Source of the DNA: Teichococcus wenyumeiae
GTDB taxonomy: Bacteria > Pseudomonadota > Alphaproteobacteria > Acetobacterales > Acetobacteraceae
NCBI RefSeq assembly: GCF_003696345.1
Contig: NZ_RFLX01000026.1
Span: forward strand, 1-49,077
Direction of reading: 5' to 3'
DNA length: 49,077 nucleotides
The notes below the pieces were generated by a model. The model worked only from the letters and a program-made list of their open reading frames with translations. It did not search any database and was not told the DNA's origin. Positions 8,691 to 18,500 of this stretch are shown here, piece after piece. Positions within the stretch are counted from its first letter, which is position 1; the number at the start of each line of letters is the position of its first letter. Position numbers and translations under genes: made by a program.

Positions 8691-11600
8691 CATGAGCCGT
8701 TTCCGTTGACCGACATCCAGGAGGCCTACTGGGTCGGCAGCGGCCTCGAAGGCGGCGGCGGTTACCATTACTACCTGGAATTCGACGTGCCCGGGCTGGA
8801 CGTGGCACGGCTGGAGCGTGCCTGGGGCGCGCTGGTGCTGCGGCACGAGATGCTGCGTGCCGTGGTGATGCCGGACGGGCGCCAGCGCATCCTGCCCGAG
8901 GTGCCGGCGCCCCGCGTCAGCCGCCACGACCTGTCCGGCCTGGCCGGGGACGAGGCCGAGGAGCGGCAGGCCGCGCTGCGGCGGACGCTGTCGCACCCCG
9001 ACCGCCCGCTGGACCGGTGGCCGTTGTCGGAGGTGCATGTCAGCCTGCGGGCCGGCGGGCTGGGGCGGGTGCATGTCAGCCTGGGGCTGATCACGCTCGA
9101 CAGCGGCAGCATGATGATCCTCTTCGCCGAGTGGCAGCGGCTGTACGAGGATGCCGGTGCGGCGCTGCCGCCGCTGCCGACATCGTTCCGCGACTACGTG
9201 CTGGCCGAGCGCGCCCTGCAGGGCACCCCGCTGTTCCAGCGGGCCGAGCGCTACTGGCAGCGGCGGGTCGAGGCGCTGCCCCCCGCCCCGGCGCTGCCGC
9301 TGGCACCGCGCCAGCCCCGCGCCGCGTCCCGCTTCGGGCGGATGACGGGGTGGCTGCCCGCGCCGGAATGGGCGGCGTTGAAGCAGCGGGCGGTGCGGCA
9401 CGGGCTCACGCCCTCTGCCCTGCTGCTGGCGGCCTTTTCCGAGATCCTGGCAGGCTGGAGCGAGAGCCCGCGCTTCACCCTGAACCTGACGCTGTTCAAC
9501 CGCCTGCCGATGGGCGAGGCGATCGGCGCCGTGGTTGGCGACTTCACCTCCGTCACGCTGCTGGAAGTAGACTTCACGGCCCGCCGCCCCTTCGTGGAAC
9601 ACGCGGCGGCCCTGAACCGGCAACTGCGGGAAGACCTCGATCACCGCACCTATCCAGGCGTCCGGGCGCTGAGGGAATGGGCGCGGCGCCAGGGTGTCAC
9701 CGGCCGCGCACTGGCGCCGGTGGTGTTCAGCAGCACGCTGGTGCTGGACACGGCGCAGGGCTTCAGCCTGGGCCGGCTGTTCGGCGGAACATTGGGCTAC
9801 GCCATCAGCCAGACGCCGCAATGCGATCTCGACCACCAGCTGATGGAGGATGACGGCGCGCTGGTGTTCCACTGGGACGTGCTGGACGGCCGGTATCCGG
9901 AAGGCATGGTGACGGCGATGTTCGGCGCCTACACCGCCCTCCTGTCACGGCTCGCGGCGGGGGACGAGGCTTTCGCCGAGGCGAGGGGGCCGGCCATCCC
10001 CGCCGCGCAGCAGTCCCGGCGTGATGCCAGCAACAACACCGCCGCGCCGATGGGGGAGGAAACGCTGTGCGAGCTGTTCGCCCGCCAGGTGGCGTCGCGC
10101 GGCGATGCGCCGGCGGTGATCGCGGGCGAGGAGACGCTCAGCTACCGGGAGCTGGACCTGCGCGCCCGCCGCGTCGCGGGCTGGCTGCTGGCGCAGGGTG
10201 CCTCGCCGGACGCGCCGGTGGCGGTGGTGATGCGCAAGGGCTGGGCCCAGCCGGTCGCGGTGCTGGGCACGCTGATGGCCGGCTGCGCCTACCTGCCGGT
10301 GGATGCCGCCCTGCCGCCTGCCCGCCGTGCCGCACTGCTGCAACAGGCCGGCGCGCGGCAGGTGCTGTGCGACGCCTTGCTGCTGCCAGCCCTGTCGGGC
10401 AGCCTGCCATGCCTGGCGGTTGACGCGCAGCCCGCCGATGCCACCGCTGCCGAACCCAGACCGGCGCCGCCGGACGGCCTGGCCTATGTGCTGTTCACCT
10501 CCGGCTCCACCGGGCAGCCCAAGGGCGTGATGATCGGGCAGCGCGGCGTGGTGCAGCGGATGCAGGACGTGGTGCGCCGCTTCGGGCTGGGGCCGCAGGA
10601 CCGCGTGCTGGGCCTGACGGCGCTGCACCACGATCTCTCGGTGTTCGACATCTTCGGCGTGCTGTGCTGCGCCGGCGGAACCCTGGTGCTGCCCGACGCG
10701 GACGGGCTGCGGGAACCCGCCCACTGGCGCGCGCTGATGGCGCGGCACGGTGTCACGCTGTGGAATTCGGTGCCCGCTTTCCTGTCCATGCTGGCGGACG
10801 AGCTGGAAGCGACCGGGGGCGCGGCCCCGCCCCTGCGCTGGTGCATCCTGTCCGGGGACTTCATTCCGGTGACGCTGCCCGATCGTATCCGCGGCCTGGT
10901 GCCGGGGCTGGAGGTCGTGGCCGCCGGCGGGCCCACCGAGACCACGGTCTGGGACATCTGCGACCCCCTGGACGCGGTGGATGCCGGCCTGCCCAGCATC
11001 CCCTATGGCCGCCCCATGGCGAATGCACGGTACCATGTGCTGCGCGAGAACCTGGACCCTTGCCCGGACTGGGTGCCGGGGGAGTTGTGCATCGCGGGCG
11101 CCGGGCTGGCCCATGGCTACTGGCGGGACGAGGCGGCCACGGCGCGCGCCTTCATCCGCCATCCCGTGACCGGCGAGCGGCTCTACCGCTCCGGCGACAT
11201 GGGGCGCTGGCTGCCGGACGGGCGGATCGAGATCCTGGCGCGCCAGGACTTCCAGGTGAAGCTGCAGGGCCAGCGCATTGAGCTGGGCGAGATCGAGGCC
11301 GCGCTGGAACGGATGCCGGGCGTGGCGCGCGCCGTGGTGACGCTGCAGCGCCTGCCGGCCGGGGAAAGCCGGCTGGTGGCGCATATGGTGCCGGCAGCGG
11401 CCCCGCCCGCCGATGCGTGGCGCCTGGAGTTCAAGCTCGGCCAGCCTGGGCTGCGACGCGCGGAGCCAGGGCAGGACGCCCTGCCGCTGCCCACCGTGCC
11501 GGAAGAATCCGCCGCCTTTCTGGCGCGGCAGAGCCACCGCCGCTTCACCGGCCGCGCCGTGCCGGCGGCGGCGCTGTCCGGGCTGCTGGCTGGGCTCCGG

Positions 11601-12557
11601 CAGATGCCGGTTCCGGGGGCGCCGCTGCCCAAGCGCCTGTATCCCTCAGCCGGCAGCCTCTACCCGTTGCAGGCCTACCTGCATGTCCGGCCTGGGGGCG
11701 TGGCGGGCGTGCCGGCGGGCTTCCACTATTACGACCCCTCCCGCCACGCGCTGCTGCCGGTGGGCGGGGAGGAAGCCGGCCCCTACGCCGGCAGCAACGC
11801 CGCCCTGCTGCGGGAGGCTGCCTTCGTGGTGCTGCTGGTGGGGGCGCTGGACGCGGTGGAGCCCGCCTATCCCGGCGCCAGCCGCGACTTCTGCCTGCTG
11901 GAGGCCGGCCATGCCGGGCAGGTGCTGATGCAGCGGGCGGCGGCGCTGGAGATCGGCCTCTGCCCGCTGGGGCAGGGGGTGGAGGAGGCCGCGCTCCGCC
12001 GCGCCTGCGGCCTCGGCGACCGGCACGTGCTGGCCTATACGCTGGCCGGCGGCGGCATCGATCCCGCCTGGTCCGGCGCCTGGATGGCCAATGACGCGCC
12101 CGGCGCGGCCGAGGCCTGGCACGCGCCGCTGCGCCGGGCGGCGCAGGCGGTGCTGCCCGCCCATATGGTGCCTTCCGCCTTCCGCCGCTGGCCCGCCCTG
12201 CCGCTGACCGCCAATGGCAAGCTCGACCGGCGGCGGCTGGCCGAGGCCGGGGCGGGAGAGGAAGCGGCGCCACCCCCGGCGGCGGCCTCGGCGCTGGAGG
12301 CAGAGGTGGCGGCCATGCTGGGCGCGCTGCTCGGCACCGGCCCGGTGGACCCGGCGGCGCCGTTCTTTGACCTGGGGGCGAGTTCCGTGACGCTGGTGCA
12401 GTTGCGCAACCGGCTGCAGGCCGAATGCGGCCTCACCGTGCCCATGGCGGAGATGTTCGGGCGTGGCAGCGTGCGGCTGCTGGCCCAGTGGCTGGAAGAA
12501 GCAGGCGCCGCCATGCCGGCGCGGCCAGCGATGCCCCGGGCGGAGGCGGTATCGTGA
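8481..12557 (+). CDS. NRPS module: docking domain-Cy-A(embedded Ox)-PCP, a thiazole/oxazole-forming module
   Basis: The ORF track starts at TTG 8544, but the reading frame is open upstream to 8460 and encodes an N-terminal docking fold (PLDDLLAELAARGLRLAAEGGQLRVRG). There is no in-frame ATG/GTG/TTG, so the start is uncertain (CTG 8481 is used here). Cy FPLTDIQEAYWVG. A domain FTSGSTGQPKG, YRSGDMGRW and LTANGKLDR. An FMN-oxidase-like insert (YPSAGSLYPLQAY) lies between A8 and A10. PCP FFDLGASSVT. The stop overlaps the next gene's start (GTGA). Confidence 0.88.
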   Translation: MDDLLAELAARGLRLAAEGGQLRVRGPRGAVDDALRQRLMAAKDALLAYLERDAITEDALPRVVPDPARRHEPFPLTDIQEAYWVGSGLEGGGGYHYYLEFDVPGLDVARLERAWGALVLRHEMLRAVVMPDGRQRILPEVPAPRVSRHDLSGLAGDEAEERQAALRRTLSHPDRPLDRWPLSEVHVSLRAGGLGRVHVSLGLITLDSGSMMILFAEWQRLYEDAGAALPPLPTSFRDYVLAERALQGTPLFQRAERYWQRRVEALPPAPALPLAPRQPRAASRFGRMTGWLPAPEWAALKQRAVRHGLTPSALLLAAFSEILAGWSESPRFTLNLTLFNRLPMGEAIGAVVGDFTSVTLLEVDFTARRPFVEHAAALNRQLREDLDHRTYPGVRALREWARRQGVTGRALAPVVFSSTLVLDTAQGFSLGRLFGGTLGYAISQTPQCDLDHQLMEDDGALVFHWDVLDGRYPEGMVTAMFGAYTALLSRLAAGDEAFAEARGPAIPAAQQSRRDASNNTAAPMGEETLCELFARQVASRGDAPAVIAGEETLSYRELDLRARRVAGWLLAQGASPDAPVAVVMRKGWAQPVAVLGTLMAGCAYLPVDAALPPARRAALLQQAGARQVLCDALLLPALSGSLPCLAVDAQPADATAAEPRPAPPDGLAYVLFTSGSTGQPKGVMIGQRGVVQRMQDVVRRFGLGPQDRVLGLTALHHDLSVFDIFGVLCCAGGTLVLPDADGLREPAHWRALMARHGVTLWNSVPAFLSMLADELEATGGAAPPLRWCILSGDFIPVTLPDRIRGLVPGLEVVAAGGPTETTVWDICDPLDAVDAGLPSIPYGRPMANARYHVLRENLDPCPDWVPGELCIAGAGLAHGYWRDEAATARAFIRHPVTGERLYRSGDMGRWLPDGRIEILARQDFQVKLQGQRIELGEIEAALERMPGVARAVVTLQRLPAGESRLVAHMVPAAAPPADAWRLEFKLGQPGLRRAEPGQDALPLPTVPEESAAFLARQSHRRFTGRAVPAAALSGLLAGLRQMPVPGAPLPKRLYPSAGSLYPLQAYLHVRPGGVAGVPAGFHYYDPSRHALLPVGGEEAGPYAGSNAALLREAAFVVLLVGALDAVEPAYPGASRDFCLLEAGHAGQVLMQRAAALEIGLCPLGQGVEEAALRRACGLGDRHVLAYTLAGGGIDPAWSGAWMANDAPGAAEAWHAPLRRAAQAVLPAHMVPSAFRRWPALPLTANGKLDRRRLAEAGAGEEAAPPPAAASALEAEVAAMLGALLGTGPVDPAAPFFDLGASSVTLVQLRNRLQAECGLTVPMAEMFGRGSVRLLAQWLEEAGAAMPARPAMPRAEAVS
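8690..9960 (+). other. heterocyclization (Cy) domain, variant motif GxxxxDxxS
   Basis: FPLTDIQEAYWVG N-terminal Cy signature. The core aligns ungapped to the second Cy domain (DALWGDAHS) as GLITLDSGS. Confidence 0.7.
10050..12230 (+). other. A domain (Cys-like code DLFNISAVWK) with embedded oxidase
   Basis: A3 motif at about 10494-10529. LSGDFIP (typical of Cys-activating domains). A10 LTANGKLDR. The specificity code was read by manual alignment to GrsA. Confidence 0.7.
11400..11990 (+). other. Ox (FMN-dependent oxidase) domain inserted in the A domain
   Basis: RQSHRRFTGRAV...RLYPSAGSLYPLQAYLHV...FCLLEAGHAGQ. Similar to the EpoB/MtaD-type Ox placed between A8 and A10. Confidence 0.7.
12290..12500 (+). 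other. PCP domain
   Basis: FFDLGASSVTLVQLRNRL. Confidence 0.7.
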
Positions 12558-15500
12558 GCAGCGCGCGCGACATCGCCATCATCGGCATGAGCGGCCGCTT
12601 CCCCGGCGCCCCCGACACCGCGCAGCTCTGGGACAACCTGCTGCAGGGGCGGGACGGCATCACGCGGCCCGATCGGGCGGCGCTGCTGGCGGCGGGGGTG
12701 CCGCAGGCGGTGCTGGACCGGCCCGGCTTCGTGCCCGCCGCGCCGCTGCTGGAAGAGATCGACCGCTTCGACGCCGCCTTCTTCGGCATCAGCCCCCGGG
12801 AAGCCACGACGCTGGCGCCCGCCATCCGGCTGTTCCTGGAGTGCTGCTGGGAAGCTTTCGAGAATGCCGGGCGTGTGCCCGGCGGCGCGGTGGGCGTGTA
12901 TGCCGGCGCCAACATGAGCCAGTACTGGCGGCTGGGCGCGCATGGCTTGGAGCCCGGGCTGGAGCAGATCCTCGGCAATGACAAGGACTACCTCGCCACC
13001 CATGTCGCCTACCGCCTGAACCTGAAGGGGCCGGCACTGTCGGTGCAGACCGCCTGCTCCACCTCGCTGGTGGCGGTGCATATGGCGGCCGAGGCCTTGT
13101 TGTCGGGGCAGTGCGACATGGCGCTGGCCGGCGGCGCCACCGTGCGCGTGCCGCACGACCCCGGGTACCAGTGGACGCAAGGCAGCATCCTCTCCCCGGA
13201 CGGCGTGTGCCGGCCCTTCGATGCCGCCCCCAGCGGCCCGGTCTTCGGCAGCGGCGTCGGCGTCGTGCTGCTGAAGCGGCTGGGGGATGCGCTGACGGAT
13301 GGCGACCCGGTGCGGGCGGTGATCCGCGGTTCCGCCATCAACAACGACGGCGGCGGCAAGGCGGGCTTCACCGCGCCGGGCCTGGAGGGGCAGGCGGCGG
13401 TGGTCGCGCAGGCCCTGGCCCGCGCCGGCGTGCCGGCCCGCAGCATCTCCTACATCGAGGCGCATGGCACGGGCACCGCGCTGGGCGACCCCATCGAGGT
13501 CGCCGCGCTGACCCGCGCCTTCCGGCAGAACACGGCGGAGAGCGGCTTCTGCCGCATCGGCTCCGTGAAGGGCAACCTCGGACACCTGGAGACGGCGGCC
13601 GGGGTCGCCGGCCTGATCAAGACCGTGCTGGCGCTGGAACACCGGGAGCTGCCGCCGAGCGTGCATTATGCGGCGCCGAACCCGGAGATCGACTTCGCCG
13701 CCACCCCCTTCGTGGTGAACGCAGCACGCTGCCCCTGGCAGGCGGAGGGCCCGCTGCGGGCGGGCGTCAGCTCCTTCGGCATGGGTGGCACCAACGCGCA
13801 TGTGGTGCTGGAGGAAGCGCCCCCGCGCGCCGTGCCGGACCTGGATAACCGGCCGCAGTTGCTGCTGCTCTCCGCGCGCACGCCCACGGCGCTGGCACGC
13901 ATCGGCCGCGCCCTGCTGGCGCAGCTGCGCCGGCAACCCGACCTGCGGCTGGCGGACGTGGCCCATACCCTGGCCGCGGGGCGCGCCCGCCTGCCGCTCC
14001 GGCGAGCGCTGGTCTGCGCCTCGGTCGAGGAACTGGCCACGCTGCTGGAAACGCCGACGCCCGCTGTCCGCCCGAAGGCCGGGCCCCCGCCTCATCTGGG
14101 CCTGGTGCTGGACGGCGCGCTGCCGCCCTCCCTGGCCCGCGCGCTGCACGCCGAGGACGACACCTTCCGCGCGGCGGCGGACGAGGCCCTGGCGGCCTGT
14201 GGCCTGACCCCCGACGCCTTTCAGGACCCGCTGCCGCCCGCTGCGGCGTTTTGCGCTGGCCATGGGCTGGCGAGGCTGCTGGCCGCCTGGGGGCTGCCGC
14301 CCGCCGCCCTGGCCGCCGGCACGCCCTGGGCCCTGGCCCTGCGGTCCTGCCTGGAAGGGCGCCTCACCCTGCCCGAAGCCGCCGCGCTGGCCTGTGCGAA
14401 GGGTACGCCGCCTTCCGCCGCAATGGCGCCGGAACAGGCGGGCGGGATCTGGGTCGACCCTTCCGCACTGCGCCTGAATGGCGGTGCCGCCTGGGCGGGG
14501 CGCCATGCCCTGCTGCAACTGGTGGCGCACCTCTGGACCCAGGGGTTGGAACCGCTGCCGGGTGCCCTGGCCGGGGTGTCGGCCCGCCGCGTGGCCCTGC
14601 CGACCTATCCCTTCGAGCGGCAGCGATTCTGGGTGGAGGCGGCCCCACAGCCCGTCGCCGTGGCGGAGCCGCCTGCCGTTGCAGCGCCAACTTCGGCCAG
14701 CGCGCCGGATGCCCGCAGCATCCGGCTGGTCTTGCAGCAGATCGTCGGCCATGCGCTGCACCTGCCGCCCGAACAGGTCTCACCTGACCGCGACTTCATC
14801 GAGATGGGCGCGGATTCCCTGGTGCTGGTGGAATCCGTGCAGGAGATCGAGCGCCGGCTGGGCCTGCGCGTGCCCGTGCGCGACCTGTTCGAGACCACCA
14901 CCACCGTGTCCAGCTTGGCGCGGGCCCTGGCCACGCGGCTGGCGGCGGCTCCAGTTTCGGCGGCGTCACCACCACCCACTCTAGCGGCCATGCCGGTGCC
15001 TGCCGCCGCGCCCTCCATCCCGGCTCCGCCGCCAGACACCGTGCTGGACGACCCCCGGCAGCAGCAGCACGTCGCCGCGCTGGTGGCGCGCTATACCGCG
15101 CGCACGGCGGCCTCCAAGCGTCTGGCGGCGGAGAAGCGGGCGGGGCTGGCCGACGTGCGGGCCGCGGCGGGCTTCAAGCTGCTGATCAAGGAGATGCTCT
15201 ACCCGATCGTGGTGGAGCGTGGTGACGGCGGGCACGTCACCGACGTGGACGGCAACGACTACGTGGACGTGACCATGGGCTTCGGCGTGCGCCTGTTCGG
15301 CCACCGCGCCGCGTTCCTGGACGCCGCGTTGCGCGACCAGTTGGACCGCGACGCGCCGCTGGGGCCGGAGAACCGCGACACCGGCGACGTCGCCGCCTTG
15401 CTGCGGCGGATGACGGGGATGGAGCGGGTCGCCTTCTTCACCACCGGCACGGAAGCGGTGATGACCGCCCTGCGGCTGGCCCGTGCGCGGAGCGGGCGGG

Positions 15501-18500
15501 ACGGGTTGGTGCTGTTTAAGGGGTCCTATCACGGCCATGCCGATGCGACGCTCGGCATCGGCCTGCCCGACGGCCGCGCCGCGCCGCTCTCCGCCGGCGT
15601 GCCCTCCACCACGCTGCAGCACCTGACCATTCTGGACTACGGCAGCGAGGATGCGCTGCACCGCATCGAGGCGCAGGCCGCCCATCTGGCGGCGGTGGTG
15701 GTGGAACCGGTGCAGAGCCGGCATCCGGACCGCCAGCCGCAAGCTTTCCTGCAGGCGCTGCGGCGGATCACGCAGCAGCACGGCATCGCCCTGATCTTTG
15801 ACGAGATGATCACCGGCTTCCGGATCGGTGCCGGGGGCGCCCAGGCCTGGTTCGGGGTGGAGGCGGACATCGCCGCCTACGGCAAGATCGTGGGCGGCGG
15901 CATGCCGGTGGGCGTGGTCGCCGGCAAGGCTGCGTGGATGGACGGGCTGGACGGCGGTGCGTGGCGCTTCGGCGATGCGACCTATCCGGAGAAGCCCGCC
16001 ATCTTCTATGCCGGCACCTTCAACAAGAATCCCTGGACCATGGCCGCCGCGCGCGCGGTGCTGGCGGAGATCGACGCGCGAGGCCCGGCGCTGTTCACCG
16101 CGCTGAACCGCCGCACCACCTGGCTCGCCACCGCGCTGAACGCGTTCTTCGCGCGGGAAGGCGTGGCGCTCGAGGTCGTCCACTTCGCGTCCCTGTTCCG
16201 CTTCCGCGTGGGCGGGCTGGCGGACCTCTTCTTCTTCCACATGATCGCGAGCGGCATCTACATCTGGGAAGGCCGCAACTGCTTCCTGGCCGCGGCGCAT
16301 GACGACGCGGATGTGGAGCGCATCATGGCGGCCGCGCGCGACAGTGCCCTGGCCCTGCGCGCGGACGCCTTGCTGGACGCGGCGCCCCCCGCGCCACGCC
16401 ACCCCGTCACCGCCGCGCAGGCGCAACTGCTGCTGTTGGAGCGGATCGACCCCGATGCCGCGCTGGCCTACAACATTCACCTGACGGCCCTGCTGTCCGG
16501 CCCGCTGGACGAGGACGCGTTGCAGCTGGCGGTCGCGGCCCTGGTGCGGCGGCACGAAGTGCTGCGCAGCCGTTTCCCTGACAGCGCGGATGCGCGCGTG
16601 GCGGAGCCGTTCCTCTGGGTGCCGCTGCAGCGCCACGACCTGGCGCCGGAAGCGGTGGACGGCTGGTTCGCCGGCGAGGCATCCCGCCGCTTCGACCTGG
16701 CGGAAGGCCCGCTGCTGCGCGCACAGCTGTTGCGGCTGGGGGCGGGGTCGGCGCAACTAGTGCTGTCCCTGCCGCACATCATCGGGGACGGCGTGACCCT
16801 GAACCTGCTGCTGCGGGAACTGGTACAGCTCTACGAGGGCGAGCGGGCGGGCCGCGCCGCCGGGCTGCCGGAGCCCGTGCCCTTCCATGCCTACACAGCC
16901 TGGCTGGAAGCCCGCCGCCCTGCCTCGGCCACGGATCTCGCATGGTGGCGGCAACAGCTTGCCGGGCCGCTGCCGGTGCTGAACATGCCGCTGGACCATC
17001 CTCGGCCGGCGGTGCGGCGGCACGCGGCGGCTGTGGCGACCACCCGCATGGATATCGCCCTGGCGACGGCGCTGCGGCGGGCTGGCGGCACGCGGCGCGC
17101 CACCTTCCTGATGCTGTGCCTGGCGGCATGGCAGGCGCTGCTGCACCGGATCAGCGGCGATGACGACCTGATCGTCGGCGTACCCACCGCCGGGCGCGGC
17201 ATGCCGGGCAGCGAGGCGATGGCCGGATATTGCACGCACCTGCTGCCCGTTCGCAGCCGCCCCCTGGCCGGCGCGCGTTTCGCCGACCTGCTGGAAGCCA
17301 CCCGCGCCACGCTGCTGGATGCCATGGCGCATGGCGATCTCCCGTTCGCGGAGCTGCTGGACGCGCTGGCCCTGCCGCGGGACGCGTCGCGCACGCCACT
17401 GCTGTCCACCACCTTCAACCTGGACCACCCCCCGGCAGCGGCCACGATGGATGGCGTGACCCTGCAGGTGGTGCCGCCGCCGGTGCATCATGCCAGCTAC
17501 GAGCTGGCGCTGAACATCACCGAACTGGATGACGGGCCCGTCGTGGAATGCCGCTACCACACCGCCCTGTTCGACCCCGCGCGGATCCAGGCCCTGTTGC
17601 GGCAATACGAGACGGTGCTGCGCCAGGTGGCGGCCGACCTGGAGGTGCCGCTGGCATCGCTCGACCTGTCGCGAGGGGAAGCGGCGCTGCCCGACCCCGC
17701 GGCACCGCTTGCGGAGCCGTCCTACCCTGGCGTGCTGGCGCTGCTGCTGCGCCAGCCGCCCGATGCCATCGCCATCCGGGACGCGGAACGCGCGTGGCGG
17801 TACGCGGAGGTGACGGAGGAAGCCCAGGGCATCGCCCGGATGCTGGTGGCCCATGGCGTGCGGCCCGGGGACCGTGTGGCGCTGCTGGCGCCGCGCGATG
17901 GCCGGCTGGCCTGTGCTATGGCGGGAACCTGGCTGGCAGGCGCCGTCTTCCTTTGCCTGGACGCGGCCCTGCCGCCGGCGCGCCTGCAGGCCATGGCGGA
18001 GGCCGCCGGCGCTGGTTGGGTTCTGGACCTGCATGCCACGCCGTCCACGGTGCCCGCCGGGCCGACGCACCTGCACGCCCCTTCCGGCAGCGTTTGGCCG
18101 GAAGCCGGGTTGCCGGCGATGCCGGCCGGAGACGACCCGGCCTACATCGTCTTCACCTCCGGCACCACGGGCCGGCCGCGCGGCATCCTGGGCACGCACA
18201 AGGGGGTGGCGCAGTTCCTGGACTGGCAGCGCCAGCGCTTCGGCATCGGCCCGGCGGACCATGTGGCGCAACTCGCCGCCCCGTCCTTCGACGTGCTGCT
18301 GCGGGACGTGTTCCTGCCATTGACCACGGGCGCCACGCTGCATGTCCCGCCGCCCGCCGTGGCGGATGACCCTGCCGGCCTCGCCGCATGGCTGGCAGCC
18401 AGTGGCGTCACCGTGCTGCATGCAGTGCCATCGCGCGCACGGGGGTGGCTGGCGGCGGCCCCGGTGGGCGGCTGGCCGCAACTGCGCCGCACCTTCTTCT

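Noticed and set aside
12425-12553. Upstream extension of the KS-containing ORF
   Set aside because: The KS N-terminus MSSARDIAIIGMSG begins at GTG 12554, overlapping the upstream stop. The extension is read-through of the previous gene's PCP-coding region.
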